From the NCBI GenBank assembly GCA_965220695.1, contig OZ244838.1, positions 4,547,293-4,611,292 of the forward strand: DNA of 64,000 bases, in the 5' to 3' direction. How positions within the stretch are numbered: the first letter of the stretch is position 1; every line of letters starts with the position of its first letter. The notes under the pieces were generated by a model. It was not told the origin of the DNA and ran no database searches. It saw only the letters and a program-made list of their open reading frames with translations. Shown here in pieces: positions 8,759 to 18,531 of the stretch. Source of the DNA: Vicinamibacterales bacterium (GTDB lineage Bacteria; Acidobacteriota; Vicinamibacteria; Vicinamibacterales; UBA8438). The translations under genes and the position numbers were made by a program.

Positions 8759-11700
8759 ATGTCGATATCCCGGCGCACCTTTCTGAAGGCGTCCGTCGGC
8801 GGCGTCGTGGGCGTCAGCGCGCTCGGCTTCGATTTGCAGCCGGCCTACGCGGCGGTGCGCCAGCTCAAGATCCGCAATGCGCGCGAGTACAAGACGGTCT
8901 GCCCCTACTGCGCCGTCGGATGCGGCACCATCGCCTACACCCACGGCAGCGGCGGGCTGAACACCACCAACACGGTCATTCACGTCGAAGGCGATCCCGA
9001 CAACCCCATCAACGGCGGCACGCTCTGCCCGAAGGGCGCGTCACAGATGCAGCTCGCCATCAGTCCGCGGCTGCGCAAGAGCCCGATGTTCCGCGAGGCG
9101 GGCGCCAGCGAGTGGCGCGAGGTCGACTGGGACTTCGCCATGGACTGGTTCGCGCGCAAGTTCAAGGCCTCGCGCGACGCCACCTTCGTCGAGCAGGACA
9201 GCCAGGGCCGCACCGTCAACCGCTGCAACGGCATCGCCTGGGTCGGCAGTGCGACGGTCGCCAACGAGGACGCGTATCTCATCACCAAGACGATGCGCGC
9301 CATGGGGCTGACCTACATCGACCATCAGGCCCGCATATGACACAGCCCCACGGTGGCCAGTCTGGCCGCCACGTTCGGTCGCGGGGCGATGACCAACCAC
9401 TGGAAGGACATCAAGAACGCCGACGTCGTCCTCGTGATGGGCGCCAACCCGGCCGAGAATCACCCCTGCGGGTTCAAATGGGCGCTCGAGGCGCGTGACG
9501 AGAACAAAGCGACGCTGGTCACGATCGATCCGCGGTTCACCCGCACCTCGGCGGTCGCCGACAAACACCTGCAGATCCGTCCGGGGTCCGACATCGCGGT
9601 GCTCGGCGGGCTGATCCGGCATATCCTGACCAACGACCTGCATCACGCCGACTACGTGCGGGAGCATACCAACGCGCCGTTCCTGGTCAGCGGCGAGTTC
9701 GGGTTCGAGGACGGGCTGTTTTCGGGGTTCGACGAGGCGGCCAGCGCCTACGACAAGACGTCATGGGGCTATCAGCGCGGCGCGGACGGCTATGTGCGCC
9801 GCGACGCGACGCTTGAAGACCCGCGCTGCGTCTTCCAGCTTCTGAAACAGCACTACGACCGCTACACCCCGGAGGTCGTCGCGCAGATCGCCGGCTGTTC
9901 CGAGGAAAAATTCCTCGAGATGGCCGAGATCGTCTGTTCGACCGGGCGGGCCGAGCGGGTCGGCACGATCATGTACGCGGTCGGCTGGACGATGCACACC
10001 GTCGGCAGCCAGATCATCCGCACCGCGGCGATCCTGCAGTTGCTGCTGGGCAACATCGGCCGGCCGGGCGGCGGCATCAACGCGTTGCGCGGGCATGCCA
10101 ACGTGCAGGGGGCGACCGACCACGCCATCGTCGCCGGCATCCTGCCGGGCTATCTGAAGGTGCCGACCCCCGAGCAGGCCACGCTCCAGGACCATCTCGC
10201 GGACTCCACCCCGCGGGCGCTGGTTCCCGACACCGTGAACTACTGGGGGAACTATCCGAAGTTCCTCGTCTCGCAGCTCAAGGCCTGGTTCGGGGACCAC
10301 GCGACCGCCGACAACGAGTTCGGCTACCAGTACCTGGGCAAGCAGGACGGCGACGCCACCTGGTTGTCGATCTGGGACGAAGCACGCCAGGGACGGCTGG
10401 AAGGGTTCGTGTCGCTCGGGTTCAACCCGTTGCTGGCCGGTCCCGACGTGCCGCGGTTGCTCGAGTCGATGGCGCGGTTGAAGTGGAAAGTGGTGATCGA
10501 CCCGTTCATGCTCGACAGCGCCGAGTTCTGGCGCGCGCCGGGGATGAACCCGGCCGAGGTCGACACCGAGGTGCTGTATCTGCCGACCACCCACTGGATC
10601 GAGCGGGACGGCTCGTTCACCAACAGCGGCCGCTGGGCGCAGTGGAAGGAGAAGGCAATCGACCCGCCTGACGGCGTGCGGTCGGACACCTACGTGCTCT
10701 CGGAGCTGTTCTGGCGGGTGAAGGAGCTATATCAACAGGAGGGCGACGACGCGGTCTACAACGCGCCGATCCAGCACCTGGCCTGGGACTATCTGAACCC
10801 GCGCGAGCCGACGCTGGTCGAGCTGGCGAAGGAGATCAACGGGTACAACCGGGAGACCGGCGAGTTGCTATCGTCGTTCGGGCAGCTTGCCGCTGACGGC
10901 AGCACGTCGTCCGGCAACTGGATCTATACCGGCAGCTTCACCGAAGCGGGCAACATCATGGCGCGGCGGGGGACCGCCGACCCGACCGGTCTCGGCATGC
11001 ATCACGACTGGGCGTTCAGTTGGCCGCTGAACCGCCGCGTGCTCTATAACCGGGCCTCGGCCGACGCCGATGGCCGGCCCTGGGACCCGTCACGCGCCGG
11101 GATCGCCTGGAACGGCCGCGAGTGGATCGGCGACGTGCCGGACTACGGGCGCACGACGCCGCCGGGCGGCGCCGGGGCGTTCATCATGACCGAGGAGGGC
11201 GTGGCGCGGCTGTTCAGCAGCCACCTGGCGGACGGTCCGCTGTCGGAACACTATGAGCCGGTCGAAAGCCCGACGACGAACACGCTGCACGATGCGGTGC
11301 CGGTGAATCCCGTCATCAACTGGTACGACGGCGTGCGCGACACGCTGGCGACCGACGGCGACGATTTTCCGTATGCCTGCACGGTCTACCGCGTGGTGGA
11401 GCACGAGCACTTCGTCACCCGCAACGTGCCGCTGCTGGTCGAGGCGATGCCCGACTTCTTCGTCGAGATCCCCGAGGGGCTGGCGGCCGAGAAGGGGATC
11501 GAGAACGGTGGGCGCGCGCGCGTCTGGTCGAAGCGCGGCGAGGTCGAAGGGGTGGCCATCGTCACCAAGCGGATCAAGCCGTTGACGGTCAACGGCCGCA
11601 CCGTCTGGACCGTCGGCATCCCGGTGCACTGGGGCTTCGTCGGCATCACCCAGGGCTCGATGGCGAACCTGCTGACGCCGTATATCGGCGACGCGAACAC

Positions 11701-11764
11701 CCGCTGCCCCGAGTTCAAGGCGTTCCTCGTCAACGTCGAGCGCTCCGAGCCGCGCACGACCTGA
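8759..11764 (+). CDS. fdnG: formate dehydrogenase-N/O-type catalytic alpha subunit, Tat-exported, selenocysteine-containing (in-frame UGA at 9338-9340)
   Basis: Twin-arginine signal MSISRRTFLKASVGG is present. The two track ORFs (8759-9340 and 9353-11764) are in the same frame and are separated only by TGA. The context [28 protein letters not shown] matches the Sec site of E. coli FdnG/FdoG. Total about 1001 codons. Confidence 0.9.
9352..9370 (+). promoter_or_regulatory. candidate bacterial SECIS hairpin downstream of the Sec UGA
   Basis: GGUGGCC (9352-9358) pairs with GGCCGCC (9364-9370), six Watson-Crick pairs plus one G-U, around the loop AGUCU. The stem begins 11 nt after the UGA. Confidence 0.55.
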
Positions 11765-11781
11765 GAGCAGTCTGCATCCTC

Positions 11782-12645
11782 ATGCCTGACAACCTGTCCA
11801 TCAAGCGCATCTCGGCCACACCGAGCGCACTGATTCCGCTGAACTCGCTGCGCTCGGGCGGGCCGGTCTATTCGAAGCTGGTCGACATCTCGAAGTGCAT
11901 CGGCTGCAAGGGGTGCGAGGTGGCCTGCAAGGAATGGAACGACCTGAAGGTCGAGCAGACCACCAACTTCGGCAGCTTCCAGAGCCACAAGGACCTCTCG
12001 TCGAACACCTGGCTGCTGATGCGGTTCAACGAGGTGGAGATCGGCGACGACCTGAGCTGGATGATCAAGAAGGACGCCTGCCTGCACTGCGAGGAGCCGG
12101 GCTGTCTGTTCGCCTGCCCCGCGCCGGGCGCCATCGTCCAGTATCAGAACGGCATCGTCGACTTCAATCAGGACAACTGCATCGGGTGCCAGTACTGCGT
12201 CTCCGGTTGTCCGTTCGACATTCCGCGGTTCGACAAGGAGACGAAGACGGTCGCCAAGTGCAACATGTGCATCGACCGGGTCGAGGCGGGGCTCGAGCCG
12301 GCCTGTGTGAAGACCTGTCCGACCAACGCCATCGAGTGGGGGATCAAGGACGACATGCTCGCACAGGCGGACAAGAAGGTCGAACGCCTGCGGGAGCGGG
12401 GGTACGAGCACGCCGCGGTCTACAATCCGGGCGGCGTCGGCGGCACGCACATGATGTATGTCGTGCCGCACGGCGACCGGTTGGACGACTACAGCCTGCC
12501 GGCGCATCCCACCGCCAGTCCCGGTCAGCTCCAGGGGCTGAACGTGTTGCAACGCGCCGGCTCGTATCTGCTCGGCCTCGGGTTCATCTCGGCGCTGGTC
12601 CACTTCCTGGCCGTCGGCCCGGAACACCCGGACGAGATCGCCTGA
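11782..12645 (+). CDS. fdnH: formate dehydrogenase iron-sulfur (beta) subunit
   Basis: Multiple 4Fe-4S ferredoxin motifs (CIGCKGCEVACKEWN, CLHCEEPGC, CIGCQYCVSGCP, CNMCIDR...CVKTCP) and a C-terminal TM helix, as in FdnH/FdoH. Confidence 0.9.
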   Translation: MPDNLSIKRISATPSALIPLNSLRSGGPVYSKLVDISKCIGCKGCEVACKEWNDLKVEQTTNFGSFQSHKDLSSNTWLLMRFNEVEIGDDLSWMIKKDACLHCEEPGCLFACPAPGAIVQYQNGIVDFNQDNCIGCQYCVSGCPFDIPRFDKETKTVAKCNMCIDRVEAGLEPACVKTCPTNAIEWGIKDDMLAQADKKVERLRERGYEHAAVYNPGGVGGTHMMYVVPHGDRLDDYSLPAHPTASPGQLQGLNVLQRAGSYLLGLGFISALVHFLAVGPEHPDEIA

Positions 12646-12661
12646 CGCACGCCGCACGCCG

Positions 12662-13276
12662 ATGAGCACCCCGTTTCTGCACCGGTTCACCTTCCTCGAA
12701 CGCCTCGTCCACTGGGTGGTCGGGGTCACGTTCGTGCTGCTGCTGCTGACCGGGCTCGCCTTCTCGTACCCGTCCCTGTTCTGGCTGACGACCCTGCTGG
12801 GCGGCGGACCGGCCGCACGGGTGCTGCACCCGCAGATCGGGGCGCTGTTCGGTGTCGGGATCGCCTTCATGTTCGTGCTGTGGGTGCGTGACATGTTTCT
12901 CGATCGGCTTGATCGGCAGTGGCTGGGCGCCATCCGGCACTACGCGGCGCATGACCGCGACAAGGTGCCGCCGGCCGGGAAGTACAACGCCGGGCAGAAG
13001 CTGTTCTTCTGGGTGCAGAGCCTGCTCGGCGTCGTCTTCGTGGCGACCGGGCTGCCGCTGTGGTTCGCCGAATCCTTCGGTCCCGAGCTGCTCAACACCG
13101 CACGGTTGCTGCACTACGCGGCCACGCTCGGCGGCGGGCTGTTCCTGATCGTGCACGTTTACCTGGGGACGGTGGCCTATCCGGGCACCGCGCGGGGCAT
13201 GATCGACGGCAAGGTCACCCCCGCCTGGGCCCGGTTGCACCACCCACGCTGGTCGGGCGAGCGGGCCGACCATTGA
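12662..13276 (+). CDS. fdnI: formate dehydrogenase cytochrome b556 (gamma) subunit
   Basis: 204 aa with four hydrophobic helices and an FdnI-like N-terminus FLHRFTFLERLVHWVVGVTFVLLLLTG. Its position after fdnH supports the call. Confidence 0.85.
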   Translation: MSTPFLHRFTFLERLVHWVVGVTFVLLLLTGLAFSYPSLFWLTTLLGGGPAARVLHPQIGALFGVGIAFMFVLWVRDMFLDRLDRQWLGAIRHYAAHDRDKVPPAGKYNAGQKLFFWVQSLLGVVFVATGLPLWFAESFGPELLNTARLLHYAATLGGGLFLIVHVYLGTVAYPGTARGMIDGKVTPAWARLHHPRWSGERADH

Positions 13277-13278
13277 GA

Positions 13279-14142
13279 TTGACGCGGCGGCCGGCGGTTG
13301 ATCCGCGCTGGGCGCCACGGGCCCGGCGCGCGCGCACGCTGATCGCGGAACGTCCCCATTCGGCGCCGCTGCTCCGCTTCTACCTGGCCCTGCTCGAGCT
13401 CCAGACCGCAGTCTGCGCACCACTCGACGCCGCCCGCTGGTTGCCGGCGGTCGCAGCCCCGGACGCGGCCGGAACCCCGCGTCTGCGGCTCGAACGCCTG
13501 CCCGTCCCCGAGCTGTCGACCGGGTTCGCGGCGTTCTGCCGGAGGATGCCGGACAGCGCACCTGCGCCGGTCGCCCAGGCGGCGCAGGCGCTGGCCGGGG
13601 CCGGGGCGCAGACACGGTCGGACCTTTTGCTGGCGCTGCTGACCGGCGCCGAGGTTGACGCCGCCGCCGCCGGCGCGCTGGGGTGCGCGCCGGCGGCGCT
13701 GGCGTTCCTGCCGCGCGGATTCCTGTCACCGCTCGTTGAAGCGCTCTCCCTGCTGGCGCCGGCGGACGGGGCGCCCCGCTCTCCCTGTTGTCCCCGCTGC
13801 GGGTGGCCGCCGCAGGTCTCGCGGCTGGCGGACGAGCCGGACACCCAGGGTATTCGGCATCTCATCTGTTCGTTCTGCGCCGCTCCGTGGACGTTTCCGC
13901 GATCCTCCTGCCCCGCCTGCGAAGCAGCGGGGGAGGACGGGTTGGATCTTCATGTGGACGAGGAACTGTCGCACGTGCGGGTGGAGGCCTGTCGGACCTG
14001 CCGGCGCTATCTCAAGTCGGTCGACTTGCGGATCGTCGGCGTGGCGGAGCCCCTGGTGGAGGATCTGGCGACCCCGGAGCTGGATCTATGGGCAGTGGAG
14101 CAGGGGCTGGAGAAGATTACCCCGAACCTGTTGGGGTTGTAG
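13279..14142 (+). CDS. fdhE: formate dehydrogenase accessory protein FdhE
   Basis: Paired CxxC motifs (CPRCGWPP, CSFCAAPW, CPACE, CRTCRRYLK) and the N-terminal RARRARTLIAERPHSAPLLRFYLALLELQ parallel FdhE. There is no ATG after the fdnI stop. TTG at 13279 (or 13273) is the likely start, so the exact start is uncertain. Confidence 0.8.
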   Translation: MTRRPAVDPRWAPRARRARTLIAERPHSAPLLRFYLALLELQTAVCAPLDAARWLPAVAAPDAAGTPRLRLERLPVPELSTGFAAFCRRMPDSAPAPVAQAAQALAGAGAQTRSDLLLALLTGAEVDAAAAGALGCAPAALAFLPRGFLSPLVEALSLLAPADGAPRSPCCPRCGWPPQVSRLADEPDTQGIRHLICSFCAAPWTFPRSSCPACEAAGEDGLDLHVDEELSHVRVEACRTCRRYLKSVDLRIVGVAEPLVEDLATPELDLWAVEQGLEKITPNLLGL

Positions 14143-14165
14143 GAGCCGGACGGTCGCTGTCGTCG

Positions 14166-14261
14166 CTACTTCCGGGCCATCCGCCACAAGGCCCACACAC
14201 CCACCAGGCCCAGCAGCGCCGCGGCCGCGAGCGCCACGAATAACAGCCCTGCGATGCTCAT
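14166..14261 (-). CDS. 31-aa single-TM peptide, translationally coupled to the YbjQ-like gene
   Basis: My own translation is MSIAGLLFVALAAAALLGLVGVWALWRMARK. Its ATG overlaps the TGA of the upstream gene (ATGA at 14258-14261). It is too short for the ORF track. Confidence 0.4.
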   Translation of the reverse strand: MSIAGLLFVALAAAALLGLVGVWALWRMARK

Positions 14262-14596
14262 GACGACCGTTCGACGTCCTCGTCCTCCACCACGACGGCT
14301 GTCCCGTAGGCCAGCAGCTCGGCCGCCGCGCCCATGATCATCGAGGTCGAGAAACGCAACGAGATGATGGCGTTCGCCCCCAGACCGTGCGCCTCCTCCA
14401 CCATCCGGTCGAGCGCCTGCTCACGCGATTCGGCCAGCAGTTTGGTGTACTCGGAGACTTCGCCTCCCACGATGTTGCGGAAGACCGCCATGATGTCCTT
14501 GCCGATGTGACGGGCGCGGATGGTATTGCCGCGGACCAGGCCGAGGGTGCGGACGATCCGCTTGCCCGTGACGCGGTTGGTTGTCACGATGATCAC
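14258..14596 (-). CDS. YbjQ/UPF0145 family protein
   Basis: VIIVTTNRVTGKRIVRTLGLVRGNTIRARHIGKDIMA..RNIVGGE..EYTKLLAESREQALDRM.EEA..LGANAIISLRF is the UPF0145 pattern. The GTG start at 14596 overlaps the stop of the anti-sigma gene (GTGA). Confidence 0.8.
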   Translation of the reverse strand: MIIVTTNRVTGKRIVRTLGLVRGNTIRARHIGKDIMAVFRNIVGGEVSEYTKLLAESREQALDRMVEEAHGLGANAIISLRFSTSMIMGAAAELLAYGTAVVVEDEDVERSS

Positions 14597-15036
14597 TTGT
14601 GCACCTCGCGGTAGCGGTCGGTCGTCATCGCCTTCCGGCGATCGAGCAGTGCGCTGAGGAATAATAGTCCTATTCCCGACACGCCGCCTACGAGAATGAG
14701 ACGCTCGATTAGATTCTCCGCCTCCTGCAGTCCCTCCCAGATGCCATAACCGACCACGACGACGATCCAGGCGACGACGATCGGCCATCCCAGCCCCCGC
14801 AGCATCCGGCTGGCGCCGGTTCTCGGAGCTTCGGACCACTCATGGTCCCGCGGCAGGTCGAAGGTGGATGACATGGTGGCGTCCCGCACCGCCGCCAGCT
14901 CGTCCACCAGCGCGCGACACGTGGCGCAGTCTTCCAGATGCAGGCGCACGCGCTGTGCGTCTCCCTGCGCGAGCGCACCGTCGACATGCCCGGACAGCAA
15001 CTCCTCATCGAACGTCCGTCCACAGTTGTCAGACAT
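14593..15036 (-). CDS. anti-sigma factor, zf-HC2 type, membrane-spanning
   Basis: The H-x3-C-x2-C motif HLEDCATCRAL is in the N-terminal domain and is followed by TM helices. It overlaps the ECF sigma gene stop by 8 nt. Confidence 0.75.
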   Translation of the reverse strand: MSDNCGRTFDEELLSGHVDGALAQGDAQRVRLHLEDCATCRALVDELAAVRDATMSSTFDLPRDHEWSEAPRTGASRMLRGLGWPIVVAWIVVVVGYGIWEGLQEAENLIERLILVGGVSGIGLLFLSALLDRRKAMTTDRYREVHK

Positions 15037-15655
15037 GACGCCCTCCTTCTTCCAGTCTTGCGCGCAGCAGGCGCCGCGCGCCGTGCAGCCGCGACATCAC
15101 GGTGCCGATCGGAATCGCCAGCACCTGTGCGATTTCGCGGTAGGCCAGGTCATGAAAGTCGCGCAGCACGATGATCTCGCGTTTCTCGGTGGGTAACGTC
15201 GCCAGCGCGCGCCAGACCCGCTCGCGCAACTGCTGGCGGCGCAGATCGACTTCCGGGTTCGCCGCCGGATCCGCCAATTGGCGTATCAGGCTCTCCGCCT
15301 CGGGCGCCCAGTCGCCCGGTCGCCGCTGCCGCTGGCGCCACAGGTCACGCACCTGGTTGCGGACAATCGTGAACAGCCACGGTTGCACGCGGCGCTCGGC
15401 ATCGAAGGTGTCCAGCGTCATGAAGAAGCGCAGCATGGCGTCCTGCGCGACGTCCAGCGCATCTTCTCGATTGCCCAGCAATTGCAGCGCGAGCAGGTAG
15501 GCAGGCTGGCGGTGCCGGATGGCCAGGGTCTCACGCGCCCCCTCGTGTCCGGCCCGGGCCTGCACGACCAACACCTGGTCCGACTCCATGTCCGCTACCA
15601 CGGCGCCGCTCGGAAACGCCGCCGGCGCCTGTGGTTCGACCATGATCTCGTTCAC
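15029..15655 (-). CDS. ECF-type RNA polymerase sigma-70 factor
   Basis: Region 2 (YLLALQLLGNREDALDVAQDAMLRFF) and region 4 (REIIVLRDFHDLAYREIAQVLAIPIGTVMSRLHGAR) blocks are present. The start is ambiguous between GTG 15655 and ATG 15643. Confidence 0.85.
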   Translation of the reverse strand: MNEIMVEPQAPAAFPSGAVVADMESDQVLVVQARAGHEGARETLAIRHRQPAYLLALQLLGNREDALDVAQDAMLRFFMTLDTFDAERRVQPWLFTIVRNQVRDLWRQRQRRPGDWAPEAESLIRQLADPAANPEVDLRRQQLRERVWRALATLPTEKREIIVLRDFHDLAYREIAQVLAIPIGTVMSRLHGARRLLRARLEEGGRHV

Positions 15656-15792
15656 ACTCCCTCTTACGAACCGGTGGGTCGATTATTCGTCTGAAGCGCG
15701 GCCTTCCTGTCAGCGCGCTGTATGACTCATGATTGCACGGGAATTGGGCCGCAAGGCTGTCGTGGCGGGGGGCGCCGTCCCGATAAGCTCTC

Positions 15793-16032
15793 GTGATGCT
15801 CTGGTTCTTCAATGGCGCCGCCGGGGCGCCGCGTTTCGTCGGTGTCCATTGCGACCAGGGGCCGCAGGCGTACGAACTGGTGGTCCTGTATCCTGACGGT
15901 TCCAAGGAGACCGAGCGCTTCGCGGATCAGCACGAACTGCTGGACGCCGCCAAGGCGCTGGGCAAGGATCTGAGCAGCCTCGGTTGGGAGCCGTGCCCGA
16001 CCGCCGCCGCCGTCGACCACCGCGAGAGCTGA
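15793..16032 (+). CDS. small hypothetical protein
   Basis: 79-aa ORF with a strong G/C third-position bias. No recognisable motif. Confidence 0.4.
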   Translation: MMLWFFNGAAGAPRFVGVHCDQGPQAYELVVLYPDGSKETERFADQHELLDAAKALGKDLSSLGWEPCPTAAAVDHRES

Positions 16033-16096
16033 CCTGAGCGCCCGAACCTGACGCCGGGCAGGCCACGCGCCGGTCCGGATGCAGTGAGGTCGACCA

Positions 16097-16996
16097 TTGA
16101 ACGTATTTCTGATCGACGGCACGTACGAGCTGTTTCGACACTTCTACGCTCTCCCCTCCGCAACCGATGTCGATGGGCGGGAGGTGGGCGCAGTGCGCGG
16201 AGTCGTCGGATCCGTTCTGGGCATGCTGGAGGAGGACGTCACCCATCTGGGAGTGGCGACCGACCATGTCGTCGAATCGTTTCGTAACGCGTTGTGGCCG
16301 GGCTACAAGACCGGCGAGGGCATCGACCCGGCGCTCCTCGCCCAGTTCCCGCTGCTGGAGGAGGCGCTCGAAGCGTTGGGTGTCTGCGTCTGGCCGATGA
16401 CGGACCTCGAAGCTGACGACGGGCTGGCCTCCGCCGCGGCCAGGGCCGTCGAGGACGCGCGGGTTGAACAGGTGTTCATCTGCACGCCCGACAAGGACCT
16501 CGCCCAGTGCGTCGTCGCCCGGCGGGTCGTCCAGTTCGACCGGCGTGCAGGCGTGTTGCGGGACGCCGACGGTGTTGTGGCGAAGTTCGGTGTCCCACCG
16601 GCGTCGATTCCCGACTATCTTGCCCTCGTGGGTGATACCTCCGACGGGTTTCCGGGGCTTCGGGGCTGGGGGGCCAAGTCGGCGGCGGCCGTGCTCGGCC
16701 GATATGGCCACCTGGAAGCGATTCCCGACGATGCCTCGGCCTGGGACGTGCCGGTGCGGGGCGCGGCGCGTCTGGCGAAGGAACTGGCGGCGCACCGCGA
16801 TCTGGCCGCGCAGTTTCGCGACCTGGCCACCCTGCGCACGACGGCGCACCTGTTCGAGTCGGTCGATGCGCTGCGCTGGGCTGGTCCGCGTCCGGCCTTC
16901 TTCGATTTGTGCGCGCGCCTCAACACACCGGGATTCCTCAAGCGCGCCCAGGCGGCCCAGGGCCGAACCCCGCATCGCACCGACAACCGGTCGTAA
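16097..16996 (+). CDS. 5'-3' exonuclease / flap endonuclease (Pol I N-terminal domain-like, PIN-like plus H3TH)
   Basis: Contains NVFLIDGTYELFRHFYA, ADDGLASAA, TPDKDLAQCV and IPDYLALVGDTSDGFPGLRGWGAKSAAAVL. The TTG start at 16097 is preceded by GTGAGG. Confidence 0.85.
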   Translation: MNVFLIDGTYELFRHFYALPSATDVDGREVGAVRGVVGSVLGMLEEDVTHLGVATDHVVESFRNALWPGYKTGEGIDPALLAQFPLLEEALEALGVCVWPMTDLEADDGLASAAARAVEDARVEQVFICTPDKDLAQCVVARRVVQFDRRAGVLRDADGVVAKFGVPPASIPDYLALVGDTSDGFPGLRGWGAKSAAAVLGRYGHLEAIPDDASAWDVPVRGAARLAKELAAHRDLAAQFRDLATLRTTAHLFESVDALRWAGPRPAFFDLCARLNTPGFLKRAQAAQGRTPHRTDNRS

Positions 16997-17083
16997 CACT
17001 GCGGCGCGTGCCGCGGACTGCCCGGTTCTGAGACGTCGCTGACGATGGTGCGGGCCGGATCAAGGTAGGATGTTGCACGGACG

Positions 17084-18343
17084 ATGACACGCAGACTACC
17101 CGCCTGGGCTCGAGAGTTGCTCGAACGCAATCCGGATGCGGCGCCGCCGACGGCCGAAGAACCGGTGCCGGCGTGGCTCGAGGCCGAGCTGGCCCGGGTG
17201 CCGTTGTGGGCGCGTATCCGGCACACCGGCGAGATCAGACAGCGGCATCCCTATCTGCTCATCGAGGATGCTCGCGCGCAGCCCGAGTTGATGCGGCAGG
17301 TGATCGAGCTGCGGCCCGAACTGGCCGCCCTGGCGCAACGACTGATCGATCAGGGCATCCGGCATGTCGTGTTCACCGGGTGTGGTTCCGCGTTTCACGG
17401 CGCCCAGTTCGGGTCGTTCCTGTTCCGTCAATGGACCGGGTGGACCACCGAGAGTCACGACTCGCTGGAGTTCACCCATCACTGGACCCAGGCGCATGAA
17501 CCGACCGCGCTCATCCTGCAGTCGGCCACCGGCGCCAGCGCCGAAACACTGGATGCAGCTCGCCACGCCTCCGATCTCGGCGTGCTCACGCTGGCGATCA
17601 CGAACACCGTGGACAGCGCGCTGCAATCGCTCTGCGACGACAGCATCTGTTTCCCGACCGAACAGCGGTGCGGTCCCGATGTGTCCGTGCTGACCACGCG
17701 GATGATGCTGCTGTACCTGCTGGGCCTCGAGATTGGCCTGGCCACCGGCGTGATCGATGTGTACGACGGCAGCGAGCTCGGCGAGGCCATCGCACACCTG
17801 CCGGATGCCGCCGCGCAATTCCTGCAGGAAGAAGACCTGAACGTCTCGCAGATCGCCAACGCGCTCGAGGACCAGCAGGCGCTGTTTCTGGTCGGCGGCG
17901 GACCGAACTGGTTCTCCGCCCTCGAGGGGGCGCTCAAGGTGGAGGAAGAGAGCAGCCTGCTCTGCAAGGCCTATCGTCCCGCCGAGTACGCCCACAATGC
18001 CATTCCCGTGCTGTCGGAGACGATCGCCAGTGTCGTGATCGCGCCTTACGGGAAGTCGTACGGGCGCCTGCACGACGTGGTGCGTACGGCGCAGGCCGCC
18101 CGGTCCCCCAGCCTGGCGCTCGTCGTCGAGGGCGACGACACGATCGCGTCCGACGCGACCTTCGTGATCGCGGTGCCGGGACCGGTCGGCGAACTGCTGA
18201 TGCCGCCGCTGGCGGTCATCGCGTTCCAGTTGCTCGGGTACTATCTGGGCGCCCAACGGGGCTACAATCCCGACTCGCTGCGCACCGAGGACCTCGACCA
18301 CGCTCGAGCCTGGCTCACCGCGTTCCCCTTCGGATCGCACTAG
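17084..18343 (+). CDS. SIS-domain sugar-phosphate isomerase/aminotransferase-like protein (two SIS repeats)
   Basis: VVFTGCGSAFHGAQFGSFLF is followed by a second SIS-like repeat (LFLVGGGPNWFSALEGALKVEE), resembling the GlmS isomerase half or a fructoselysine-6-P deglycase-like protein. Confidence 0.7.
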   Translation: MTRRLPAWARELLERNPDAAPPTAEEPVPAWLEAELARVPLWARIRHTGEIRQRHPYLLIEDARAQPELMRQVIELRPELAALAQRLIDQGIRHVVFTGCGSAFHGAQFGSFLFRQWTGWTTESHDSLEFTHHWTQAHEPTALILQSATGASAETLDAARHASDLGVLTLAITNTVDSALQSLCDDSICFPTEQRCGPDVSVLTTRMMLLYLLGLEIGLATGVIDVYDGSELGEAIAHLPDAAAQFLQEEDLNVSQIANALEDQQALFLVGGGPNWFSALEGALKVEEESSLLCKAYRPAEYAHNAIPVLSETIASVVIAPYGKSYGRLHDVVRTAQAARSPSLALVVEGDDTIASDATFVIAVPGPVGELLMPPLAVIAFQLLGYYLGAQRGYNPDSLRTEDLDHARAWLTAFPFGSH

Positions 18344-18531
18344 CACGGATCGGGCAGTCTATAATCGACACGTTCGTCCGGCCGAGTCATCCAGGAATCG
18401 AAACATGCCACCGACCCCAAGTACACTGGCCACCGTGATGTTCACCGCCGGCGGCGCGGTGGTGCCGTTCGTCGTCCTGCTCGTCTGCTTCGTCCTCGGT
18501 CTCGTCAGACGCTGAACGGAAGCAGGCGACG

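Noticed and set aside
8759-9340. The 193-aa and 803-aa ORFs read as a truncated or pseudogenised formate dehydrogenase
   Set aside because: Both parts share one frame and are separated only by TGA at the position of the catalytic selenocysteine, with a downstream hairpin. I interpret this as UGA-Sec recoding.
13060-13278. ATG 13060 as the start of fdhE (the 360-aa track ORF)
   Set aside because: It would overlap fdnI by more than 200 nt, and that stretch is Arg-rich nonsense. FdhE similarity starts just after the fdnI stop, so a TTG start at 13273 or 13279 is more plausible.
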